Part shown: piece after piece, positions 26,771 through 34,301 of the stretch | Layout of the letters: every line of letters starts with the position of its first letter | How positions within the stretch are numbered: position 1 is the stretch's first letter | Notes under the pieces: generated by a model | The model's input: the letters and a program-made list of their open reading frames with translations, nothing else | Told to the model about the DNA's origin: nothing | Database searches by the model: none | NCBI GenBank assembly: GCA_963746475.1 | Contig: CAVVBB010000004.1 | Coordinates: 21,415 to 85,414, forward strand | DNA: 64,000 nt | Reading direction: 5' to 3' | Origin: an uncultured delta proteobacterium | GTDB taxonomy: Bacteria > Myxococcota_A > Polyangia > Polyangiales > Houyiibacteriaceae | Made by a program: the position numbers and the translations under genes

Positions 26771-27613
26771 TCAGCGGCCGCTGGCCATGGCCTCGAGGCG
26801 GGCGATACGCTGTTCGAGTGGCGGGTGGGTCGACATAAGCCGCATCATGCCTTCGCCGCGGATGCCAAATGCGGTCAACGCATCGGGTAGCTGGGACGGG
26901 GCGTCCTTGAGGGACTTGAGCCTTCGGAGTGCGTCAGCCATCGACTCTGGGCTCTGCAGCTTTGCGCCGCCCTCGTCCGCGCGGAACTCCCGCCGCCTCG
27001 AGAACCACGCCACGATGAAGCTGGCCAGAAGGCCAAAGACCATCTGTAGGCCGATGTAGACGAGGAAACGCCCGTTGCGGAACTGGCTCGCGATGACGTT
27101 GGCCGCGAAAAGGACGAACACGTTGAGCACACCCTGGATGAGGGTGAGGGTGACCATGTCACCGTTGGCGATGTGCGAGACCTCGTGTCCGAGCACGGCC
27201 TCGGCCTCGCGTCGGTCCATGACCCGCAAAAGCCCCGTGCTCACCGCGACGAGGGCCGCGTTTCGCCGGGCCCCGGTTGCGAACGCGTTGGGATCGGGGC
27301 TGTTGTAGACGGCGACCTGCGGCATGCCGATGCCCGCGGTCTGCGCGTGCCGCTGCACCGTGTCGAAGAGCCAGCGCTCGCCCTCGTTGCTGGGGGTTTC
27401 GATCACATGAGCTCGCGTGGTTCGAATCGCGATCTGCTTGGACATCGCGAGCGAAAAGAACGAACCGCCCATGCCGAAGATCGCGCACCAAACGAGCAGC
27501 TGTGCGTTCATTCCCTCGGGCAGGAAGCCCAGGGCGCGCAGGACGCTCATTGCGACGGCGGCCATGAGCATCACGGCAAGGTTCGTCGCCAAAAACAATA
27601 GGACTCTCAGCAT
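26771..27613 (-). CDS. htpX: Membrane zinc protease HtpX (M48)
   Basis: Contains the HEVSHIANGDM (HExxH) motif, four TM helices and a C-terminal STHPPLEQRI. AAAGGAG precedes the ATG. Confidence 0.92.
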   Translation of the reverse strand: MLRVLLFLATNLAVMLMAAVAMSVLRALGFLPEGMNAQLLVWCAIFGMGGSFFSLAMSKQIAIRTTRAHVIETPSNEGERWLFDTVQRHAQTAGIGMPQVAVYNSPDPNAFATGARRNAALVAVSTGLLRVMDRREAEAVLGHEVSHIANGDMVTLTLIQGVLNVFVLFAANVIASQFRNGRFLVYIGLQMVFGLLASFIVAWFSRRREFRADEGGAKLQSPESMADALRRLKSLKDAPSQLPDALTAFGIRGEGMMRLMSTHPPLEQRIARLEAMASGR

Positions 27614-27740
27614 GCAGGTACTCCTTTGACCGTAGATCGGTCCGAGCGGCTAACGTAAGGCTCAAATTCGGTCTCGACAACCACCAAGGCACGCCCAAAT
27701 CTCAGGTGCCCTGGCCGTCAGACCCTTCTTTTGATGAAAC

Positions 27741-29078
27741 CTACGGTATCGCGATGACAGAGCGCATCCCGTAATGGTCCGACAGGGGAACGTCCATCGT
27801 GCCATCGGGCGTCTCGACCTCGACCACCGGCTCGTCGAAGGTCCGCTCCGTTTCGCGCACGGCCTCTGGGCCGAGCTGGTGCAGCAAGATATGGTCGATC
27901 CAAACGTCGCTGCCTCCGCCGACGATGGGGTTGTCGCCGCAGAAGGTACAGAGCGGCTCGTAGCCCTCCGCGTAGGCCGGCGTGAAGCTCTCCTCGAGCA
28001 GTTCCAAAGTCGGCGCGCCCTCGGCGACGATTTCCTGGTCCGGATACTCAAGCCCCGTATTGAGATCGCCCAGAATCACCGCGGGTCGGTCTCCGCTCTC
28101 GCGCTCCACGTACTCGATCAGCTTCTGCGCCTGCAGGAACTGCTCCGCTTCCCACTGCGCGGGGGAGGTCATGGCGTCTCCGCCATACTGACCTGTGTAG
28201 AGAAAGGCAGGGTTCGTGAAGATGGGCGTCAGATGGTTGCAGTAGACGTCGAGCTCCTTGCCATTCGGCAGCTCGGCCGTGGCGCGGCTGATGACGCGGC
28301 GGGTCCATGTGCCTGGAATGACCCAGTTTTCCTCGTCCGCGAGCGGGTAGCGAGACAGGATCATGACCCCGTTCTGGCCGTCGTAAGACAGGAGCTGGTT
28401 GGGGACCGTGGGGCAGCTCAGGCGAATCTCGGCGAAAGTGGCGTTCGGCAACTGGGTGACCGCGCAGGCGTAGCATTGCTGCTGCTGCGCATCGCCGGTC
28501 AGCAGGGGCAGGACCTCGCCGATGCAGTTGGCGATCGCGCAGTCGAGGTCTGTCATTTGCCCCGAGTCGTCGCCCGTGGTGGAGCAGAACTCCGCGACGC
28601 AGTCGATGGCTGCGTTCATCTGGTCTTCGATGGTCTCCCCCATCACCGCGTTGGCTGGCATGCTCGAAGGGCAGGGCACGAAGTCTTCGGCTGGCGTGGG
28701 GGGGACCTGACCATTTTGGTCGGTCGCGTCGTCGACTAGCGTGTCCAGGTCGTCCTCGACAGACCAGGCATACGGAAACGCATCCATGGCGGCGGCCCGA
28801 ATCAGCTCCTTATCCGTCTGCTCGAAGACCTCCTGCAGGCAGACGATGTCCGAATCCATGTTGGCGATGGCCTCGCTGAGTGGGCCCCGGCGCTCGTCCT
28901 CATATTCGACGAAGCCACCCGCCAGGGCGATGTTGAAGGTGTCGACCGTGACCAGGGTGCCTTCGGATCCGCCGGTGCCCCCAGCGCCTCCGGAGCCACC
29001 GTTTGAGTCATCACTACTGTCGCCACATCCCGCTGTCGCAGCGGCCAGTAGCGGCACAATCAAGTAGATTTTCCGCAT
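27741..29078 (-). CDS. Secreted lipoprotein of the endonuclease/exonuclease/phosphatase (EEP) family
   Basis: Lipobox LLAAATAGC and a Gly/Ser linker. Contains TFNIAL, DIVCLQEVF and a C-terminal SDHYGMRS catalytic His motif. Confidence 0.8.
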   Translation of the reverse strand: MRKIYLIVPLLAAATAGCGDSSDDSNGGSGGAGGTGGSEGTLVTVDTFNIALAGGFVEYEDERRGPLSEAIANMDSDIVCLQEVFEQTDKELIRAAAMDAFPYAWSVEDDLDTLVDDATDQNGQVPPTPAEDFVPCPSSMPANAVMGETIEDQMNAAIDCVAEFCSTTGDDSGQMTDLDCAIANCIGEVLPLLTGDAQQQQCYACAVTQLPNATFAEIRLSCPTVPNQLLSYDGQNGVMILSRYPLADEENWVIPGTWTRRVISRATAELPNGKELDVYCNHLTPIFTNPAFLYTGQYGGDAMTSPAQWEAEQFLQAQKLIEYVERESGDRPAVILGDLNTGLEYPDQEIVAEGAPTLELLEESFTPAYAEGYEPLCTFCGDNPIVGGGSDVWIDHILLHQLGPEAVRETERTFDEPVVEVETPDGTMDVPLSDHYGMRSVIAIP

Positions 29079-29258
29079 AATCAGCTTCCCTGGTTACAAA
29101 AGCCCGCCCGGGGGAATGGTCGCGCTTCAGCTATTCTCCTACCAGAGACTGCCACAGAGCACCCCGGCAGGGACAGCATCCTTCCCCCAGGGCAGGCCGT
29201 CTAGTTTCACCCAAAAAAGATGATGCTGCCGTCAGCTCAGGGCCGCCGAGTGGCCCCG

Positions 29259-29816
29259 TCAGTCGGCTTGCAGGTCGGCTCGGAGCGCCTCTCGCTGGGA
29301 CTCCGAAAGCTCGGTTTCGAGCTCGATCCCGGGCATGTCGATGCCCAGCAGGACCGGGGCTTGATCGCCAAGCTCGAAGCACAGGTATTGCACTGACGAC
29401 AAGCGGTCATCTCCGACCTGACGCGCGTCCCATGTGGGTTTCACCCGTTTGCCGTCTGGCAGCTTCGCGTAGATGTGCTCGTTGAGTCCGAGCCACTGCC
29501 TGAGCTTGTCGTCTCGCTCGGCCTCGTCCGCGATGCCGATGAGCAGCGTGCAGCCGAGAGTGCCCTTGGGGTGCAGCAGCTCATTGTAGGTGCGAAGCTC
29601 GTGCTCGATGTCCGCTTCACGGACAATCTGCTCGACACGCATCATCTCCTGGACCTGGTAGCGCACGGTCTCGCGGTTCTCGAAGAGGAAGCTGAAGTAT
29701 TCGCCCAGCAGAATACGTCGCTCCGACTTGGCGCGCAGCGCTTCGCTGCGCAAGGCTTGTCGGCGCTCGTTGTAGGTAAGGTAATCCAGGATCTCTGAGC
29801 GTTCGATCGCCTTCAT
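29259..29816 (-). CDS. DUF3501 family protein
   Basis: 185 aa. Contains FENRETVRYQVQEMMRVEQI and LLIGIADEAERDDKL patterns typical of DUF3501. The start overlaps the stop of the upstream Fe-S gene (ATGA). Confidence 0.75.
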   Translation of the reverse strand: MKAIERSEILDYLTYNERRQALRSEALRAKSERRILLGEYFSFLFENRETVRYQVQEMMRVEQIVREADIEHELRTYNELLHPKGTLGCTLLIGIADEAERDDKLRQWLGLNEHIYAKLPDGKRVKPTWDARQVGDDRLSSVQYLCFELGDQAPVLLGIDMPGIELETELSESQREALRADLQAD

Positions 29817-31210
29817 TCCGTCTTTTCTCCTTCAGAGGAAGTCTTTGGGGGCAGAGCCTTCGGAGCGGCGAAGCCGTCCTCCCGATACGCGCGGGCCAGG
29901 ATCGACATCGGGTGCAGGGGCTTGACCCCGGCATGCTGCTGAAACTGCAGGGCCGCGAGCGGGCAGTCCGTGGCCCAGATTTCTGCTCCTGCCTCGCTCA
30001 TCTCGTCAAAGGACTTCTGCCCCACACGAACCGATTCCTCGAAGCCTTCGATGGTCATGGCGTGGGTCCCATCATGCCCGCAGCATTCCATGACGGTGAC
30101 AGGCTTCACGCCTGGAATCTTGCGCAGCAGGTCACGCCCCTTGAAGCCCACGCCCTGCGTTCGCAGGTGGCAGGGGGCGTGATAAGCGACTTTTTCGCCG
30201 GGCGAGCTCTTGAAATCCGTGTTGAAGCGAGGCTCCTTGCGCAGCGACCAGAGGAACTCGCTCGGGTCGACGACGGCCTCTGCCAGGCGAGTGGCGCGTT
30301 CGCGATCCTCGCCGGCGAGCAGCTCGGGCCACTCGCGGCGAAGCATCATCGAGCAGGTCGGGTTGATGGCCACGACTTTCGCGCCGGCTTCCACGTATGG
30401 CACGAGCAGGTCTAGATTGGCCCGGGCCTTCTTTCGAAGCAGCTCTAAGTCGCCGCCCTCCCAGGCAGGCATCCCGCAGCATTGAAGCCCCTCGACACAT
30501 CGGACCTCGACACCGTTCTTTTCCAGCACCTCGACCGTGTCCATGCCGACCTGCGGCTCGTTGTGCTGCACGTAGCAGGTCTGGAACAGCAGCAGCTCGC
30601 CGCCCGGAGCCTTCTGCGTGAGGCCTGCGCCTCGCGCCCAGGCCTCGAAGCTGTGCGGTGCGAAATCGGGCAGTAGCTTGCGCCGGTCGATCCCGATCAG
30701 CTTCTCCATGAACCAGCGATGTACGGCGACCCGGTTCATCACATTGGCCAGTCCCAGGCTCGCCCTGGCCATCGTGCCGGTGCTGTCCGGGTCGCTCAGC
30801 ACCCTGAGTCGAAGCTTGTGCGGCTGCTCGCCAGCGCGGTGACGAATGGCCTGGTAGCGGTGCACCAGCTTCGGAAAGTCCAGTTGGAACTCGTGCCCGT
30901 CGCGAGGTGTGTACGGACACTGGACCTCGCAGAGCTTGCACTGAAAACAGGCGTCCATGACGCGCTCGGTTTGCAGCGGCTTCAGCTTGTGAACGTCGCC
31001 GTCGTGCTCCTGGTCGATCAGCGAGAAGAGGGTCGGGAAGGCGTCACAGTACTTGAAGCACATTCGGCAGCCATGGCAGACCTCGAAAACCCGCTCGACC
31101 TCCTGCTCGAGTGCTTCGGCGTCCCAGTACTTGTCCTCGCTCGGGTCGTAGCTGAGCCCGGCGGTCGGCTGATACGAGATCCTTCGCTTCTGCAGCCTGT
31201 CTTCGCTCAT
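29813..31210 (-). CDS. (Fe-S)-binding oxidoreductase with two 4Fe-4S motifs and two CCG domains (HdrD/GlpC-like)
   Basis: CHGCRMCFKYCDAFP and CFQCKLCEVQCPY ferredoxin motifs, followed by duplicated CCG-type Cys motifs (LQCCGMP, MECCGHDG). Confidence 0.85.
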   Translation of the reverse strand: MSEDRLQKRRISYQPTAGLSYDPSEDKYWDAEALEQEVERVFEVCHGCRMCFKYCDAFPTLFSLIDQEHDGDVHKLKPLQTERVMDACFQCKLCEVQCPYTPRDGHEFQLDFPKLVHRYQAIRHRAGEQPHKLRLRVLSDPDSTGTMARASLGLANVMNRVAVHRWFMEKLIGIDRRKLLPDFAPHSFEAWARGAGLTQKAPGGELLLFQTCYVQHNEPQVGMDTVEVLEKNGVEVRCVEGLQCCGMPAWEGGDLELLRKKARANLDLLVPYVEAGAKVVAINPTCSMMLRREWPELLAGEDRERATRLAEAVVDPSEFLWSLRKEPRFNTDFKSSPGEKVAYHAPCHLRTQGVGFKGRDLLRKIPGVKPVTVMECCGHDGTHAMTIEGFEESVRVGQKSFDEMSEAGAEIWATDCPLAALQFQQHAGVKPLHPMSILARAYREDGFAAPKALPPKTSSEGEKTE

Positions 31211-31282
31211 GACGCCTCAGGGCGGGACTGATCGACTGGCAGGATGGCCGGCTGGCGCGACGAGGAGCCATCGAGGCAAGGC

Positions 31283-31312
31283 GCTCGCGGCGGGAACAGT
31301 TCCCGCGCGAGC
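31283..31312. repeat. 30-nt near-perfect inverted repeat in the rubrerythrin/Fe-S intergenic spacer
   Basis: gctcgcg[g]cgggaac-a-gttcccgcgcgagc gives 14 bp with one bulged G. The core GGGAAC-N-GTTCCC is a perfect palindrome. No T-tract follows on either strand. Confidence 0.8.
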
Positions 31313-31352
31313 GGCAGGGGCGGTCGCCCCCTGCATCGTCCGCAGCGCCTAC

Positions 31353-31772
31353 TCACCCGAGATCGTCGAGGAGGCTCTGGAAACGACCAGCGTGAGACTT
31401 CTCGGCCTTCGCCAGGGTCTCGAACCAGTCGGCGATTTCGTCGAAGCCCTCGTCCCGAGCGGTCTTCGCGAACCCCGGGTACATGTCCGTGTACTCGTGA
31501 GTCTCGCCGGCCACCGCAGCCGCGAGGTTCAACGTGGTGTCGCCAATCGGAAGGTCCGTCGCCGGGTCGCCGACCTTCTTGAGATAATCGAGATGACCGT
31601 GCGCATGACCGGTCTCGCCTTCCGCCGTTTCCCGGAAATTGCCCGCCACCTCTGGATAGCCTTCCACGTCGGCGATCTTCGCGAAGTAAAGATAGCGGCG
31701 ATTCGCCTGGGACTCCCCAGCGAACGCGGCCTTCAGGTTGTCGTGCGTCTTGCTGCCCTTGAGCTCTGCCAT
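31353..31772 (-). CDS. Rubrerythrin-family diiron protein (ferritin-like domain only)
   Basis: 139 aa. Contains [38 protein letters not shown] and [24 protein letters not shown] (ExxH diiron ligands). There is no rubredoxin CxxC tail. Confidence 0.88.
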   Translation of the reverse strand: MAELKGSKTHDNLKAAFAGESQANRRYLYFAKIADVEGYPEVAGNFRETAEGETGHAHGHLDYLKKVGDPATDLPIGDTTLNLAAAVAGETHEYTDMYPGFAKTARDEGFDEIADWFETLAKAEKSHAGRFQSLLDDLG

Positions 31773-31801
31773 GGAAATGCTCCTGCCTTTGCTTGCGCTT
31801 G

Positions 31802-31819
31802 GACTGGCGGCCGCCAGTC
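31802..31819. repeat. Perfect 18-bp palindrome upstream of rubrerythrin
   Basis: gactggcggccgccagtc reads identically on both strands. It lies 30-47 nt upstream of the rubrerythrin ATG (31772). Confidence 0.85.
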
Positions 31820-32030
31820 GCGATAGCGATCATGGCGCCTTTTCGCAGTGCGTCAACGAAATGATAGGGCGCGGCCGCCACCCCAAAACAGCTCGAAATC
31901 CTAGGCGGTCTATTCGCCGATGAGTCCTTGGCAGTGCGCCCAGATCTGGACGGCGTCTGGACGGCCTATCAGTGTGCCCGACAGACCAGGCTCGGGCCGC
32001 CGCCTGCCGCCGTCGGCGTAGCTGGCAGTT

Positions 32031-34265
32031 CTAGGCCGCGGACTGCTTCTCTGTCTCGGACGGGCCGTCGGAGCGCGGCCCGTAGTCATGACGGCGGTAG
32101 TAGTGATGGTACCGCTCGTCTAGGTACCCTTGACGTCCATTGCGGGAGCCCACGTCATTGAGGACGCCGCCCACCATGTTCGCTTGAACTTCGCTGAGAC
32201 TCCGAACGGCGGAGAGGATGGCGTCCCGGGTCGTGACCCGAGCCCGCATGACGAGCAGAACTCCAGAGCTCTGGTGAGCTAGGATGGCTGCGTCGGTCAC
32301 GGCGCCGAGCGGCGGGCTGTCGATGATCACACGGTCGTACTGCTCCGTGGCCTCCGCCAGCAGACGCTCGAACTGAGCCGTATGAAGAAGCTCGGCTGGG
32401 TTGGGCGGGATCGGTCCGGAGGGCACGACGTGAAGGTTGCTGACCTCGCAGGGGTGGGTCACCTCCTCGAGGCTCCGCTCGCCAACTAGAGCGTCAGTGA
32501 GCCCAGGAGCGTGTGGCAGATCTAGCGCGTCTGCTACGCGAGGGCGTCGCAGGTCCGCGTCGATCAGGAGAACCCGCTTCCCGCTCTGGGCGAAGACTAT
32601 TGCCAGGTTGGTGGCAACCGTGGTCTTTCCATCCTCCGGGTTCGGGCTGGTGATCACCAGGGACTTTAGGGGGCTCTGCACGGACATGAACGTGAGGTTC
32701 GTTCGTAGCGTTCGGCAGCATTCGGCAGCGGCCGACATGCTGTGACTGTGAACGAACAGATTTGCGTTCAAGACAGGGTCCAGTGTGGCCGCGTCCTCGC
32801 CTTTGGACGAGTAGCCCGCCTTCCGCAGTGTTTCGCGAATTCGCGGGAAAACACCTAGAATGGTGACACCCAGCTGCTCGACATCGGCGACGTCCTCGAT
32901 ACGGCGGTCGGTCATCAGGAGCAGGAATGCGAGCCCGAATCCCGCGATCAGTCCGCCCAGTAGGCCACCGATGAGGTTCAACACTACATTTGGTGAGATG
33001 GGAGAGCCCGGGACCAGGGCACGGTCGACCACGCGCACGTGCGTCGTGCGGAGCAAGCGGGCCAGGTCGGTTTCCGCCGTTCGCTTGAGGAGCAGCTCGT
33101 AGAGTCTGGACTGACTCTCCTTCTGTCGGTTCAGGCGCGAGTATTCGATTTCTTGGCGGTTGAGATTCAAACCCGCCTTCTGGGCATCATTCTGCGCGCG
33201 GCTCAGGCCCGTTTCGATCGACTGGGCTTCCCTGAGATCGCCCTTCGCAATCTTGATCAAGGAGTTCACTTCGACCTTCACGGAGTCCCGAAGGGCGGCG
33301 ATCTGCTGGTCCAGCTCCTGGATGCTCGGATGCGAGTCGCCATACCGGACCGATAGAGCAGCCCGTTCGGTGAGCTTTTCGCGGAGTTGCCGCTGCAGTG
33401 CGTTGAGCTCGCTGTCGTCTTGTTCCCCCTGGCCTTCGATCGCCTGGGGGTCATCCTTCACTTGCTCCAGGCGCTGAAGGCGTGCTTGAAGCTCGATTCT
33501 GCGCGCTCTGATGCCGGTGAGGCGCTCGTTATATGCTCGGATTTCTTCGGCCACCAGGCTTTGTCGGTTTTCGAGGGAGACCGACAAGACATTGTGCTCC
33601 TGCTTGAAGTCGTGCAGTGCGTGTTCGGTAGCGTCGAGCTGGTTCTGGGTCGAGTCCAGTCGCTGTGTGAGCCATTCGGCGGCGGCTACGGTCGAGCCCA
33701 GTCGGTCCTCCATCGTCTTGTCGACGTATGCATCAACGATGGCGTTGGCTAGGGTTGCCGCTCGTTCCGGATCTTGGTCGCGCACGCTAACCCGTACGAG
33801 ACGAGTATCCTTGATGGGGTCCACCGTGATTTGGCTCAGGAGCCGTTGCGCCGCGGCAGTCTTCGAGACCGGGACCCAGTCCGGATCGTCTTCTGCACCG
33901 AAAAAGGAAGGGTTTGCGGCAAGACCCAGCTTGTCCACGACCCGCTCCGCCACACCTCGGCTTTGGATGATCAGGTTCTGCGTCTCGAAGAACTCTCGAG
34001 ACATCAGGAAATGCGAAACGGATGGGTCTTCGACGCTGCTTCCAAGCGGACTAGACGGATTTGGGTCGTACTCCAGCGTAGAGGTCGCCTTGTAGACTTT
34101 CGGCATCCGCATCGTCAGAAGGGCGACGGCGGTGAGCACGCCGAGCGCCGTCAGCGCGATCCACCAGCGATGGCGCATGATCGAAGCCCGCCAGAACTTC
34201 GCCAATGAGAGGCCTCCCGGGCCATCGTGACGAGGCGGCTGTGGGTTTCCGGTCAGATGTTGCAC
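32031..34265 (-). CDS. Polysaccharide co-polymerase / tyrosine autokinase (Wzc-like PCP-2a)
   Basis: 744 aa. N-terminal Wzz/GumC region with a TM helix, a long coiled-coil and a second TM, then a BY-kinase domain (Walker A SPNPEDGKTTVATNLA, VLLIDADLR, IIDSPP) and a Tyr-rich tail (YLDERYHHYYRRHDY). Confidence 0.9.
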   Translation of the reverse strand: MQHLTGNPQPPRHDGPGGLSLAKFWRASIMRHRWWIALTALGVLTAVALLTMRMPKVYKATSTLEYDPNPSSPLGSSVEDPSVSHFLMSREFFETQNLIIQSRGVAERVVDKLGLAANPSFFGAEDDPDWVPVSKTAAAQRLLSQITVDPIKDTRLVRVSVRDQDPERAATLANAIVDAYVDKTMEDRLGSTVAAAEWLTQRLDSTQNQLDATEHALHDFKQEHNVLSVSLENRQSLVAEEIRAYNERLTGIRARRIELQARLQRLEQVKDDPQAIEGQGEQDDSELNALQRQLREKLTERAALSVRYGDSHPSIQELDQQIAALRDSVKVEVNSLIKIAKGDLREAQSIETGLSRAQNDAQKAGLNLNRQEIEYSRLNRQKESQSRLYELLLKRTAETDLARLLRTTHVRVVDRALVPGSPISPNVVLNLIGGLLGGLIAGFGLAFLLLMTDRRIEDVADVEQLGVTILGVFPRIRETLRKAGYSSKGEDAATLDPVLNANLFVHSHSMSAAAECCRTLRTNLTFMSVQSPLKSLVITSPNPEDGKTTVATNLAIVFAQSGKRVLLIDADLRRPRVADALDLPHAPGLTDALVGERSLEEVTHPCEVSNLHVVPSGPIPPNPAELLHTAQFERLLAEATEQYDRVIIDSPPLGAVTDAAILAHQSSGVLLVMRARVTTRDAILSAVRSLSEVQANMVGGVLNDVGSRNGRQGYLDERYHHYYRRHDYGPRSDGPSETEKQSAA

Positions 34266-34301
34266 TTCGGGGCGGCAGCCTTTCCTATGTGGTCTCGTCC
34301 G

